A stretch of 64,000 nucleotides of DNA from NCBI RefSeq assembly GCF_022846255.1, contig NZ_AP025682.1. One strand, 5' to 3'. This document shows positions 1 through 15,744 of the stretch, piece after piece. A program made the translations under genes and the position numbers. Origin of the DNA: Escherichia coli (GTDB taxonomy: Bacteria > Pseudomonadota > Gammaproteobacteria > Enterobacterales > Enterobacteriaceae). The notes under the pieces are model-generated. The model was not told the DNA's origin and made no database searches. It was given only the letters and a program-made list of their open reading frames with translations. Each line of letters opens with the position of its first letter. Positions within the stretch are counted from its first letter, which is position 1.

Positions 1-943
1 CCACCGCTTTCACCACCTGGTTCATCTCCGGCGGAAAGCCAGAAAGCAAAATTCCGGTGTTCATTCCCTGAATAATCAGCGCCCCCACCACCGAAAGCAG
101 CAGGTTAAAGCGCCCGCCCATCAGCGATCCGCCGCCAATCACCACTGCAAGAATGGCGTCCAGCTCCAGCCATAAGCCGGCGTTGTTGGCATCGGCACCG
201 CGAATATCCGCCGCCACGATAATGCCCGCAATCGCCGCACATAGCCCGCTCAACACGTAGGTGAGCATGACGATGATCCGCGTGTTTACCCCGGCATTTT
301 TTGCCGCCCGAATGTTGATACCAACGGCTTCGATAAACATCCCCAGTGCCGTTTTGCGGGTCAACAGCCAGAACAGGAGAAGCGTCAGCACCGCAATAAT
401 GACTGGCGTTGGCAGGAACAACAGCGATCCGCTGCCAAACCAGGAGAGATCCGGTGAGTTAAATGTGACGATCTGTCCGGAGGTGATCAGTTGCGCCACG
501 CCGCGCCCGGCGACCATCAGGATCAGGGTGGCGACAAACGGCTGAATTTTGAGGATCGCTACCAGTATGCCGTTCCACAATCCCGCCAGGATGCCAGTGC
601 CGAGGGCGCTTAACAAAACAATTGGCAGGCTGAATCCCGCGACCGTCATCGCAGCCGTTGTGGCTCCGGCGATAGCCATCACCGCCCCTACGGAGAGATC
701 AATCCCACCGGTGGCGATAACCAGCGTCATGCCAATCGCCAGTAGCGCAACGGGGGCCGCACGGTTAAAAATGTCGATAGGGCTACCGAACAAACGCCCA
801 TCCTGAAGCACCACCTGCCAGAAATGCGGGGCCACCAGGCTATCAACCAGCAGCACCAGCAACAGTGCCGCCAGCTGCGGCATTCCTGTTGGCCAGCGAA
901 AACGCCTTTTCGGCGGCGTAGTGTCCGGGAGAGATTGAGGCAT
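1..943 (-). CDS. ytfT: ABC transporter permease YtfT, partial (3' end lies beyond the window start); start codon at 941-943
   Basis: Reverse-strand reading frame open from position 1 to an ATG at 943, 14 bp downstream of ytfR stop; position in ytfQRT operon; hydrophobic translation on + strand antisense ORFs consistent with membrane protein. Confidence 0.8.
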   Translation of the reverse strand, partial: MPQSLPDTTPPKRRFRWPTGMPQLAALLLVLLVDSLVAPHFWQVVLQDGRLFGSPIDIFNRAAPVALLAIGMTLVIATGGIDLSVGAVMAIAGATTAAMTVAGFSLPIVLLSALGTGILAGLWNGILVAILKIQPFVATLILMVAGRGVAQLITSGQIVTFNSPDLSWFGSGSLLFLPTPVIIAVLTLLLFWLLTRKTALGMFIEAVGINIRAAKNAGVNTRIIVMLTYVLSGLCAAIAGIIVAADIRGADANNAGLWLELDAILAVVIGGGSLMGGRFNLLLSVVGALIIQGMNTGILLSGFPPEMNQVVKAV

Positions 944-956
944 CACACTGTTCTCC

Positions 957-2459
957 TTACGCCGCAATGGCGTTCATGATCGCCGGAACGGAAAGCTCTG
1001 CCAGTGGGATCTCCGCTACCTGTTTGCGATCGCGCATGATAATCACCCGGTCGGCATAGCCCACCAGCTCTTCCAGCTCGGAGGAGATCACCAGCAGCGC
1101 CAGCCCATCGGCGCACAGCGTTTCAATCAGGCGGATGATCTCGGCGTGGGCACCAACATCAATTCCGCGCGTTGGCTCGTCGAGAATCAGAAATTGCGGT
1201 CGGGTCAGTAGCCAACGTGAAAGCAACACTTTTTGCTGATTGCCGCCGGAGAGAAATTCAATCGGTTGTTCGGTGGAAGGTGTGCGAATGCCAAGCTGGC
1301 GAATAAAGCGTTCGGCAATCTCTTGCTGCTCTTTGCGGGAAATTGGTCGCAGCCAGCCGCGCTGGGCCTGGAGAGCGAGGATGATATTTTCCCGCACCGA
1401 GGCGGCGGCGATAATGCCATCGGTTTTCCTGTCTTCCGGGCAGAAGCCGATGCCCAGTACCGAAGCCTGATGTGGCGAGCGTAGCGTTTGCAGTTTGCCT
1501 TTGATCAACGCCGTGCCGCTATCAGCAGGTTTGATACCGAAGATCACTTCGGCGGTTTCGGTACGTCCTGATCCCAGCAAGCCTGCCAGACCGACGATCT
1601 CGCCGGGGCGTACTTCGAGATCAAACGGCGCGATCGTTCCTTTTTTGCCGTAATTTTTGAACGCGGCAACAGGTTTGTCGCTCAGCAATGTTCTCCCGGC
1701 ACGCTGAAGCGCGTGGGTGTCCAGTTCACGCCCCAGCATCATTTTTACCAGTTCGATCTGCGGTAGCTCGCGCGTTTCCCGACAGCCTACGAAACTGCCG
1801 TTACGTAAGACGGTGATCCGATCGCTAACCTGATAAACCTGATCGAGAAAATGAGTGACGAAGATCAGACTGACGCCGCGATCGCGAAGTTGACGCATCA
1901 GGCCAAACAGTAACTCTACTTCCTGAGTGTCGAGACTGGCGGTGGGTTCATCGAGGATCAGCACTTTGGCGGAGAGATCGATAGCCCGGCAAATGGCGAC
2001 GATTTGCTGCATCGCGACTGAAAAGCGGTTGAGCGGTTCGCGCACGTCGAGGGAGAAACCGTAAGATGCCATCAGTTCGGTGGCGCGCTTTTCTATCTCT
2101 TTACGGCGTAGAAGGCCGAAACGTTTGGGTTCGCGACCTATGAATAGATTATCAGCGACCGACATATTGGGTAGCAGGTTGACTTCCTGATAGACGGTGC
2201 CGATGCCGAGTTGTTGTGCGTGGGCGGTGTTTTTCGGTGAGATAGCCTGGCCTTCCAGCCAGATAGTGCCGCGATCGGCGTGGTATACACCGGTTAATGC
2301 TTTGATGAGCGTCGATTTTCCCGCCCCGTTTTCACCGAGCAGCGCCATGATTTCACCACGGCGCAGGCTGAAATCAACGTTGTCTAACGCTTTGACACCG
2401 GGGAAAAATTTACTTAATCCTTCGGTGCGGAGGATTTCCTGGTGTTGGTCGGTCGTCAT
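957..2459 (-). CDS. ytfR: Sugar ABC transporter ATP-binding protein YtfR (two fused ABC ATPase domains)
   Basis: 500-aa ORF with two Walker A motifs (GENGAGKST, GLLGSGRT) and ABC signature (LSGGNQQK); synteny with ytfQ. Confidence 0.95.
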   Translation of the reverse strand: MTTDQHQEILRTEGLSKFFPGVKALDNVDFSLRRGEIMALLGENGAGKSTLIKALTGVYHADRGTIWLEGQAISPKNTAHAQQLGIGTVYQEVNLLPNMSVADNLFIGREPKRFGLLRRKEIEKRATELMASYGFSLDVREPLNRFSVAMQQIVAICRAIDLSAKVLILDEPTASLDTQEVELLFGLMRQLRDRGVSLIFVTHFLDQVYQVSDRITVLRNGSFVGCRETRELPQIELVKMMLGRELDTHALQRAGRTLLSDKPVAAFKNYGKKGTIAPFDLEVRPGEIVGLAGLLGSGRTETAEVIFGIKPADSGTALIKGKLQTLRSPHQASVLGIGFCPEDRKTDGIIAAASVRENIILALQAQRGWLRPISRKEQQEIAERFIRQLGIRTPSTEQPIEFLSGGNQQKVLLSRWLLTRPQFLILDEPTRGIDVGAHAEIIRLIETLCADGLALLVISSELEELVGYADRVIIMRDRKQVAEIPLAELSVPAIMNAIAA

Positions 2460-2489
2460 GGTTTCCCCCGGTGTAAAGCGTGCTCCCAG

Positions 2490-2573
2490 TAGGCATGATA
2501 AGACGCGGTAAGCGTCGCATCAGGCTTCAGCGCACAACCGCCGGATGCGGCGCGAGCGCCTTATCCGGCCTAC
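2490..2573. repeat. BIME/REP element (two inverted REP units) in ytfR-ytfQ intergenic region
   Basis: Sequence aggcatgataagacgcggtaagcgtcgcatcaggc followed by gccggatgcggcgcgagcgccttatccggcctac, the characteristic E. coli REP palindromic unit. Confidence 0.8.
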
Positions 2574-2598
2574 GAATCGGCATCAGGCATAGCAACCC

Positions 2599-3555
2599 TC
2601 AATACCCCATATTTTTCTTCTTCTCTAACTCTTCTTTTGCGGTATCAGGCAGATAAAGGGTGGATTTGGTCAGCGTTAGCTTTTCAGGCATGGTGCCGTC
2701 TTTTTTGTATTTCTCCAGCGCGTCGAAAGCAGGACCTGCCATGTTCGGCGTCAGTTCAACGCTGGCGTTCGCTTCGCCATCAATCATCGCTTTGTAGATG
2801 TCCGGCACGCCGTCGATAGAGCCTGTCAGGATATCTTTGCCCGGTTTCAGGCCCGCTTCTTTAATTGCCTGAATTGCACCAATCACCATGTCATCGTTAT
2901 GGGCGTAAACCATGCAGATGTTTTTGCCGTTGTTTTCCGCTTTGATAAAGCTCTCCATCACTTCTTTGCCTTTGCTGCGGGTGAAGTCACCTGACTGCGA
3001 GCGGATAATTTTGATATTTGGCGCATTCTTTATGGCTTCGGCAAAGCCTTTCTTACGGTCAATGGCGACGCTGGCCCCAACGGTGCCCTGTAACTCAACC
3101 ACGTTACATGGTTTGCCGTTAACCTCTTTCACCAGCCAGTCACCGATCAACTTACCTTCGAGGATGTTGTCGGCAGTAACGGTGGTCATATAGAGAGATT
3201 TGTCTTTCACATCGATGGAACGGTCAAGCAAGAAGACCGGGATTTCGGCATCTTTCGCCTCTTTTAATACCGGTTCCCAACCCGTCGCCACCACCGGAGC
3301 GATAAAGATCGCATCCACCCCTTGTGCGACGAAGGAACGTACCGCTTTAATCTGGTTTTCCTGCTTTTGCTGACCATCGGCAATTTTCAGTGTGATACCG
3401 CGTTTTTCGGCTTCACTTTTCGCCACATTGGTTTCTGCGGCGCGCCAGCCGGATTCCGATCCGACCTGCGAAAATCCTACGGTTAATGGAGCGGCCAACG
3501 CCATAGACGACATGGCTGCCGAGACTGCAGAGACTACAAGTAAGCGTTTCCACAT
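2599..3555 (-). CDS. ytfQ: Galactofuranose-binding periplasmic protein YtfQ
   Basis: 318-aa ORF with N-terminal signal peptide (MWKRLLVVSAVSAAMSSMALA) and periplasmic sugar-binding protein fold signature; upstream of ytfR. Confidence 0.93.
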   Translation of the reverse strand: MWKRLLVVSAVSAAMSSMALAAPLTVGFSQVGSESGWRAAETNVAKSEAEKRGITLKIADGQQKQENQIKAVRSFVAQGVDAIFIAPVVATGWEPVLKEAKDAEIPVFLLDRSIDVKDKSLYMTTVTADNILEGKLIGDWLVKEVNGKPCNVVELQGTVGASVAIDRKKGFAEAIKNAPNIKIIRSQSGDFTRSKGKEVMESFIKAENNGKNICMVYAHNDDMVIGAIQAIKEAGLKPGKDILTGSIDGVPDIYKAMIDGEANASVELTPNMAGPAFDALEKYKKDGTMPEKLTLTKSTLYLPDTAKEELEKKKNMGY

Positions 3556-3864
3556 AGGGTTGTCCTCGTCGGGGTAATTATTATTGGTGAAAAGATGTTC
3601 GCGAAAAAACTATAGACAATTCGTTATGTAACGGATTGCGTTACATCACACTTCAAAAAAGTAAATAAAACGTTAATCACAAGTTTGTAATCGCTTTCAT
3701 CTCACTATGAAAAATGCGGCTACGGTTATGGATTTTCCTGCTCTGTATACCGTCTTAAAACTGGCGAAAAAGGAAAATGAAGACGAAAACAAGCGAAGAC
3801 ATTCGGCGCGAGTTGGCTATAATACTCGGCACTTGTTTGCCACATATTTTTAAAGGAAACAGAC

Positions 3865-4395
3865 ATGAGCTTACTCAACGTCCCTGCGGGTAAAGATCTG
3901 CCGGAAGACATCTACGTTGTTATTGAGATCCCGGCTAACGCAGATCCGATCAAATACGAAATCGACAAAGAGAGCGGCGCACTGTTCGTTGACCGCTTCA
4001 TGTCCACCGCGATGTTCTATCCGTGCAACTACGGTTACATCAACCACACTCTGTCTCTGGACGGTGACCCGGTTGACGTACTGGTCCCGACTCCGTACCC
4101 GCTGCAGCCGGGTTCTGTGATCCGCTGCCGTCCGGTTGGCGTACTGAAAATGACCGACGAAGCCGGTGAAGATGCGAAACTGATTGCTGTTCCGCACACC
4201 AAGCTGAGCAAAGAATACGATCACATTAAAGACGTTAACGATCTGCCAGAGCTGCTGAAAGCGCAAATCGCTCACTTCTTCGAGCACTACAAAGACCTCG
4301 AAAAAGGCAAGTGGGTTAAAGTTGAAGGTTGGGAAAACGCAGAAGCCGCTAAAGCTGAAATCGTTGCTTCCTTCGAGCGCGCCAAGAATAAATAA
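3865..4395 (+). CDS. ppa: Inorganic pyrophosphatase
   Basis: 176-aa ORF, translation matches E. coli Ppa ([38 protein letters not shown]...). Confidence 0.97.
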   Translation: MSLLNVPAGKDLPEDIYVVIEIPANADPIKYEIDKESGALFVDRFMSTAMFYPCNYGYINHTLSLDGDPVDVLVPTPYPLQPGSVIRCRPVGVLKMTDEAGEDAKLIAVPHTKLSKEYDHIKDVNDLPELLKAQIAHFFEHYKDLEKGKWVKVEGWENAEAAKAEIVASFERAKNK

Positions 4396-4749
4396 GTTCT
4401 TCTGGCGTAATAACCCTGAACGCCGGGCTTCGGTTAGTAGGGGTTTTTTTATGCCCGCAATTTATAAACTCTCTACTCCACTATTATTATTTTCAGCAGT
4501 TTAAAGGCTTGAACGGTAAGAACAAGCTAAACTCGACCACCATTTTGCTGTTCATAGCCACTTGCTGGAAGTTAGCCGGCCTCACTCATACTCACCGTTC
4601 AAAGCGTGTCCCCGTTTTACCCCTGTACATTTGTTAACGCCAGCAGAGTTTTACATGCGTTAACGGATATGGAAAGCGGCTCGGAAGGAAAAGCAAAAGG
4701 CGAGGAAGTTACAAAAAAGAATACGCGTCGTCTCGCAAAAAAATAACGC

Positions 4750-4761
4750 CACCCGCAGGTG
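4750..4761. repeat. IS4 target-site duplication (left copy), cacccgcaggtg
   Basis: 12-bp direct repeat identical to 6188-6199, immediately flanking the IS4 terminal inverted repeats. Confidence 0.85.
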
Positions 4762-6187
4762 TAATGCCGATCAGTTAAGGATCAGTTGACCGATCCAGTG
4801 GCTGTGTAAGAATCCGGAAACGCTCACTTGTTTCCGGATTTTTTTATGCACATTGGACAGGCTCTTGATCTGGTATCCCGTTACGATTCTCTGCGTAACC
4901 CACTGACTTCTCTGGGGGATTACCTCGACCCCGAACTCATCTCTCGTTGCCTTGCCGAATCAGGTACTGTAACGCTACGCAAGCGCCGTCTTCCCCTCGA
5001 AATGATGGTCTGGTGTATTGTTGGCATGGCGCTTGAGCGTAAAGAACCTCTTCACCAGATTGTGAATCGCCTGGACATCATGCTGCCGGGCAATCGCCCC
5101 TTCGTTGCCCCCAGTGCCGTTATTCAGGCCCGCCAGCGCCTGGGAAGTGAGGCTGTCCGCCGCGTGTTCACGAAAACAGCGCAGCTCTGGCATAACGCCA
5201 CGCCGCATCCGCACTGGTGCGGCCTGACCCTGCTGGCCATCGATGGTGTGTTCTGGCGCACACCGGATACACCAGAGAACGATGCAGCCTTCCCCCGCCA
5301 GACACATGCCGGGAACCCGGCGCTCTACCCGCAGGTCAAAATGGTCTGCCAGATGGAACTGACCAGCCATCTGCTGACGGCTGCAGCCTTCGGCACGATG
5401 AAGAACAGCGAAAATGAGCTTGCTGAGCAACTTATAGAACAAACCGGCGATAACACTCTGACGTTAATGGATAAAGGTTATTACTCACTGGGACTGTTAA
5501 ATGCCTGGAGCCTGGCGGGAGAACACCGCCACTGGATGATACCTCTCAGAAAGGGAGCGCAATATGAAGAGATCAGAAAACTGGGTAAAGGCGATCATCT
5601 GGTGAAGCTGAAAACCAGCCCGCAGGCACGAAAAAAGTGGCCGGGACTGGGAAATGAAGTGACAGCCCGCCTGCTGACCGTGACGCGCAAAGGAAAAGTC
5701 TGCCATCTGCTGACGTCGATGACGGACGCCATGCGCTTCCCCGGAGGAGAAATGGCGGATCTGTACAGTCATCGCTGGGAAATCGAACTGGGATACAGGG
5801 AGATAAAACAGACGATGCAACTGAGCAGGCTGACGCTGAGAAGTAAAAAACCGGAGCTTGTGGAGCAAGAGCTGTGGGGTGTCTTACTGGCTTATAATCT
5901 GGTGAGATATCAGATGATTAAAATGGCGGAACATCTGAAAGGTTACTGGCCGAATCAACTGAGTTTCTCAGAATCATGTGGAATGGTGATGAGAATGCTG
6001 ATGACATTGCAGGGCGCTTCACCGGGACGTATACCGGAGCTGATGCGCGATCTTGCAAGTATGGGACAACTTGTGAAATTACCGACAAGAAGGGAAAGGG
6101 CCTTCCCGAGAGTGGTAAAGGAGAGGCCCTGGAAATACCCCACAGCCCCGAAAAAGAGCCAGTCAGTTGCTTAACTGACTGGCATTA
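4762..6187 (+). mobile_element. IS4 insertion sequence, complete (1426 bp) with 18-bp imperfect terminal inverted repeats
   Basis: Left end taatgccgatcagttaag, right end cttaactgactggcatta (reverse complement taatgccagtcagttaag); length 1426 bp equals canonical IS4; encloses the IS4 transposase ORF; flanked by 12-bp direct repeats. Confidence 0.92.
4846..6174 (+). CDS. insG: IS4 transposase (InsG), DDE family
   Basis: Translation from ATG at 4846 ([28 protein letters not shown]...) matches IS4 transposase; ORF track start at 4828 is a TTG extension. Confidence 0.92.
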   Translation: MHIGQALDLVSRYDSLRNPLTSLGDYLDPELISRCLAESGTVTLRKRRLPLEMMVWCIVGMALERKEPLHQIVNRLDIMLPGNRPFVAPSAVIQARQRLGSEAVRRVFTKTAQLWHNATPHPHWCGLTLLAIDGVFWRTPDTPENDAAFPRQTHAGNPALYPQVKMVCQMELTSHLLTAAAFGTMKNSENELAEQLIEQTGDNTLTLMDKGYYSLGLLNAWSLAGEHRHWMIPLRKGAQYEEIRKLGKGDHLVKLKTSPQARKKWPGLGNEVTARLLTVTRKGKVCHLLTSMTDAMRFPGGEMADLYSHRWEIELGYREIKQTMQLSRLTLRSKKPELVEQELWGVLLAYNLVRYQMIKMAEHLKGYWPNQLSFSESCGMVMRMLMTLQGASPGRIPELMRDLASMGQLVKLPTRRERAFPRVVKERPWKYPTAPKKSQSVA

Positions 6188-6199
6188 CACCCGCAGGTG
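6188..6199. repeat. IS4 target-site duplication (right copy), cacccgcaggtg
   Basis: Identical to 4750-4761. Confidence 0.85.
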
Positions 6200-6213
6200 G
6201 CGTGCTTTTATTA

Positions 6214-6555
6214 TTACTTATCCCTGTCTAACCAGTCGCCGCTTTCAATTAGCTTTAATCCATCGACGGGTCGTTGATAAACGTACATCCATGCACTCCC
6301 GTACGGCGTCTGAATCAACTGGCGCGCGTATTCACCGCCCCTGGTGCGCAAGGCATCAAGTTCGGCCAGCGTGGCGTTGTCAATACGATAAACTTCACCG
6401 TGTACTGTTCCGTTCCCCGGAACTGCGCCTGGATAGTGGCCCAGGCTATACAACTGGTAGTTATCGATACTGAAATCGCCCAGTAACTGGGCATTGGTCA
6501 TCCAGTGACTGTTGCCTTGTTTGTGGCGTAAACTGCCGTAGACAAATATTCGCAT
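6214..6555 (-). CDS. ytfP: Gamma-glutamylcyclotransferase-family protein YtfP
   Basis: 113-aa ORF (MRIFVYGSLRHKQGNSHWM...) with YGSL motif typical of GGCT/AIG2 fold; downstream of tamB. Confidence 0.93.
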   Translation of the reverse strand: MRIFVYGSLRHKQGNSHWMTNAQLLGDFSIDNYQLYSLGHYPGAVPGNGTVHGEVYRIDNATLAELDALRTRGGEYARQLIQTPYGSAWMYVYQRPVDGLKLIESGDWLDRDK

Positions 6556-6557
6556 TG

Positions 6558-12229
<5,672 letters not shown>

Positions 12230-12273
12230 TTACAACCTTAACCCCAATGACCGATTTTCGGGAGAGCGACACC

Positions 12274-12912
12274 ATGAGTTTATTTGATAAAAAGCATCTG
12301 GTTTCCCCCGCCGATGCCCTGCCTGGACGTAACACCCCGATGCCCGTAGCCACACTGCATGCGGTCAACGGTCACTCAATGACCAATGTACCTGACGGAA
12401 TGGAGATTGCCATTTTTGCGATGGGTTGTTTCTGGGGTGTGGAGCGTCTGTTCTGGCAGTTACCCGGCGTTTACAGCACCGCCGCAGGCTATACCGGTGG
12501 CTATACGCCAAATCCGACTTATCGGGAAGTGTGCTCCGGCGATACTGGCCATGCCGAAGCGGTGCGCATTGTTTACGATCCATCCGTCATCAGCTATGAG
12601 CAGTTGCTACAAGTATTTTGGGAGAATCACGATCCCGCCCAGGGAATGCGTCAGGGCAATGACCACGGCACGCAGTATCGTTCAGCGATTTATCCGCTGA
12701 CCCCAGAACAGGATGCCGCCGCTCGCGCCAGTCTGGAACGTTTTCAGGCGGCGATGCTTGCCGCCGATGACGATCGTCGCATCACCACGGAAATCGCTAA
12801 CGCCACACCGTTTTATTATGCCGAAGATGACCACCAGCAATATCTGCATAAAAACCCGTACGGTTACTGTGGAATTGGCGGAATTGGCGTCTGTCTGCCG
12901 CCGGAAGCATAG
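12274..12912 (+). CDS. msrA: Peptide methionine sulfoxide reductase MsrA
   Basis: 212-aa product from ATG at 12274 ([12 protein letters not shown]...GCFWGVE...) with catalytic GCFWG motif. Confidence 0.95.
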   Translation: MSLFDKKHLVSPADALPGRNTPMPVATLHAVNGHSMTNVPDGMEIAIFAMGCFWGVERLFWQLPGVYSTAAGYTGGYTPNPTYREVCSGDTGHAEAVRIVYDPSVISYEQLLQVFWENHDPAQGMRQGNDHGTQYRSAIYPLTPEQDAAARASLERFQAAMLAADDDRRITTEIANATPFYYAEDDHQQYLHKNPYGYCGIGGIGVCLPPEA

Positions 12913-12958
12913 CGTTACGGGTACAAATGTAGATTGTTGATAAAGTGCATTTTGTTTA

Positions 12959-13057
12959 TGCCGGATACGGCGTAAACGCCTTGCCAGGCCTACAAAATCG
13001 TCCAAATTCAATATATTGCGGGGACTGCGTAGGCCTGTTCGGCATAGCGCATCAGGC
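12959..13057. repeat. BIME/REP element downstream of msrA
   Basis: tgccggatacggcgtaaacgccttgccaggcctac and gtaggcctgttcggcatagcgcatcaggc, inverted REP units. Confidence 0.75.
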
Positions 13058-13234
13058 AGTTTTTCATTTTTCAGCTGTCTGAATTTTAACCCTCTGGCGG
13101 CTTTACAGTACCTTACGCTATACTAGCCACTGAAAATGCCGGTTCACTTTCTTCGAATCGGCTTTCAATGTGTATTTCACACAAATTAATCAACTTCCCC
13201 TTCCGAGGATCTGGCCTGAAAGGTCGGATAAGAT

Positions 13235-14578
13235 ATGTTAAACAGTATTTTAGTCATACTCTGTTTGATCGCTGTAAGTGCGTTCTTCTCGATGTCCGAG
13301 ATCTCGCTTGCCGCCTCACGCAAAATCAAACTTAAACTGCTGGCTGATGAAGGCAATATAAATGCCCAACGCGTTTTGAATATGCAGGAAAATCCCGGCA
13401 TGTTCTTTACCGTGGTCCAGATCGGTCTGAACGCAGTGGCGATTCTCGGCGGTATCGTCGGTGATGCGGCATTTTCTCCAGCTTTTCACAGCCTGTTCTC
13501 CCGCTATATGTCGGCAGAACTCTCTGAGCAACTGAGCTTTATTCTCTCTTTCTCGTTAGTGACTGGCATGTTTATCCTGTTTGCGGATTTAACCCCGAAA
13601 CGCATCGGTATGATTGCGCCAGAAGCTGTGGCTTTGCGTATCATCAACCCGATGCGCTTCTGCCTGTACGTTTGCACCCCGCTGGTGTGGTTCTTCAACG
13701 GACTGGCGAACATAATCTTCCGTATTTTCAAACTGCCAATGGTACGTAAAGATGACATCACTTCTGATGACATCTACGCGGTAGTGGAAGCCGGTGCGCT
13801 GGCGGGCGTGTTACGTAAACAGGAACACGAGCTGATTGAAAACGTCTTTGAACTAGAATCCCGTACCGTTCCGTCGTCAATGACACCGCGTGAAAACGTG
13901 ATTTGGTTTGATCTCCACGAAGATGAGCAAAGTCTGAAGAATAAGGTGGCGGAACATCCGCACTCTAAGTTCCTCGTCTGTAATGAAGATATTGACCACA
14001 TCATCGGCTATGTCGATTCTAAAGACCTGCTGAACCGCGTGCTGGCTAACCAAAGCCTGGCACTGAACAGCGGCGTACAAATTCGCAACACGCTGATTGT
14101 GCCGGATACGTTAACCCTTTCAGAAGCGTTGGAAAGTTTTAAAACCGCAGGTGAAGACTTCGCGGTGATCATGAACGAGTACGCGCTGGTAGTGGGGATC
14201 ATCACCCTCAACGACGTGATGACCACGCTGATGGGCGATCTGGTCGGTCAGGGGCTGGAAGAGCAGATTGTCGCCCGTGATGAGAACTCATGGCTGATAG
14301 ATGGCGGCACTCCGATTGACGACGTCATGCGCGTGCTGGATATTGACGAGTTCCCGCAGTCGGGCAACTACGAAACCATCGGCGGCTTTATGATGTTTAT
14401 GCTGCGTAAGATCCCGAAACGCACCGATTCGGTGAAATTCGCCGGCTACAAATTTGAAGTGGTGGATATCGATAACTACCGCATCGACCAGCTGCTGGTG
14501 ACCCGAATCGACAGCAAAGCCACCGCCCTTTCGCCAAAACTGCCTGACGCTAAAGATAAAGAAGAAAGCGTCGCATAA
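13235..14578 (+). CDS. ytfL: Inner-membrane CNNM/CorC-family protein YtfL (PaeA), DUF21-CBS-CorC_HlyC
   Basis: 447-aa ORF with N-terminal TM helices and C-terminal CBS/CorC region; matches E. coli YtfL. Confidence 0.93.
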   Translation: MLNSILVILCLIAVSAFFSMSEISLAASRKIKLKLLADEGNINAQRVLNMQENPGMFFTVVQIGLNAVAILGGIVGDAAFSPAFHSLFSRYMSAELSEQLSFILSFSLVTGMFILFADLTPKRIGMIAPEAVALRIINPMRFCLYVCTPLVWFFNGLANIIFRIFKLPMVRKDDITSDDIYAVVEAGALAGVLRKQEHELIENVFELESRTVPSSMTPRENVIWFDLHEDEQSLKNKVAEHPHSKFLVCNEDIDHIIGYVDSKDLLNRVLANQSLALNSGVQIRNTLIVPDTLTLSEALESFKTAGEDFAVIMNEYALVVGIITLNDVMTTLMGDLVGQGLEEQIVARDENSWLIDGGTPIDDVMRVLDIDEFPQSGNYETIGGFMMFMLRKIPKRTDSVKFAGYKFEVVDIDNYRIDQLLVTRIDSKATALSPKLPDAKDKEESVA

Positions 14579-14655
14579 CCCCAGAAACATCAACGGCTCC
14601 TGAATCAGGAGCCGTCTTATTACTGCATAGCACTTTTTACTGCATAGCACTTTGG

Positions 14656-14862
14656 TTAAGCCATCTCTGTTTGCAGACGCATAACCTGACGGTTAACTTC
14701 GGACATCACTGACAAATGCAGCTTATCCTTCACTTTTGGGATAAGAATCTTACCCTTATCAAATTCAAAAGCGCCAACGTCCTTGATGTATAACCGTCCA
14801 CGGAACAGGATCTTTACGTACTTCGCCACCTGAAGTGGGTTGTACCGTTGGAAAATTTTCAT
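14656..14862 (-). CDS. ytfK: Small protein YtfK (DUF1107)
   Basis: 68-aa product from ATG at 14862 ([38 protein letters not shown]...) preceded by AGGAGA. Confidence 0.88.
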
Positions 14863-15186
14863 TGTTATCTCCTGCTGAGTATTACGCCTTTGCGGTGCCA
14901 CAATCGGCCCAACTATTATGAGGCGCAAATTTTAATGCCTAGTGACTATAGACTATCCGGGCAATGTTTCCACCGCGTATAACTTTTTTTACCTAAAGGT
15001 TACAATTATTCAGAATTATCTTTTTACCGAAGCGCGGTCTTCAGTATAAGCATTCATTTTTCATATGATTTGTGCGCTTGACCGCAAACTGGCATCACAC
15101 TTGCGGGAAATTCGATAAATAGCACATATGATTAAAACTCAGACCCAAGTGGTCGGATCACCTGCATATCATAAGAAGGAAACACC

Positions 15187-15744
15187 ATGACCCTACGCAA
15201 GATTCTGGCACTCACCTGCCTGCTGTTGCCGATGATGGCTTCCGCACATCAGTTCGAAACCGGTCAGCGAGTGCCGCCGATTGGCATCACCGATCGTGGC
15301 GAGTTGGTGCTTGATAAAGATCAGTTTAGCTACAAAACCTGGAACAGCGCGCAGTTAGTGGGAAAAGTGCGAGTACTGCAACATATTGCTGGTCGCACCT
15401 CTGCAAAAGAGAAAAACGCGACGCTGATTGAAGCGATTAAATCAGCGAAGTTACCGCACGATCGTTACCAGACCACCACCATTGTTAACACCGACGACGC
15501 GATTCCGGGTTCAGGGATGTTTGTGCGCAGCAGTCTGGAGAGTAATAAAAAGCTTTATCCCTGGTCGCAGTTTATTGTTGATAGCAATGGCGTCGCACGC
15601 GGTGCCTGGCAGCTGGATGAAAAAAGTTCCGCTGTAGTGGTGCTGGATAAAGACGGTCGCGTGCAATGGGCCAAAGACGGGGCACTTACTCAGGAAGAGG
15701 TGCAGCAAGTGATGGACCTGCTGCATAAATTAATTAATAAATAG
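15187..15744 (+). CDS. ytfJ: Periplasmic protein YtfJ (DUF1107/YtfJ_HI0045 family)
   Basis: 185-aa ORF with signal peptide ([20 protein letters not shown]); 3' end overlaps cysQ 3' end by 11 bp (convergent). Confidence 0.9.
   Translation: MTLRKILALTCLLLPMMASAHQFETGQRVPPIGITDRGELVLDKDQFSYKTWNSAQLVGKVRVLQHIAGRTSAKEKNATLIEAIKSAKLPHDRYQTTTIVNTDDAIPGSGMFVRSSLESNKKLYPWSQFIVDSNGVARGAWQLDEKSSAVVVLDKDGRVQWAKDGALTQEEVQQVMDLLHKLINK

Noticed and set aside
4975-5868. Minus-strand ORFs (155 aa and 123 aa) inside IS4
   Set aside because: Antisense to the IS4 transposase; IS4 is known to encode a single transposase.
4750-6199. Possibility that IS4 caused deletion of chpSB
   Set aside because: Both flanks carry the identical 12-bp target duplication, the signature of a simple insertion; a deletion formed by IS-mediated recombination would not normally retain matching duplications.
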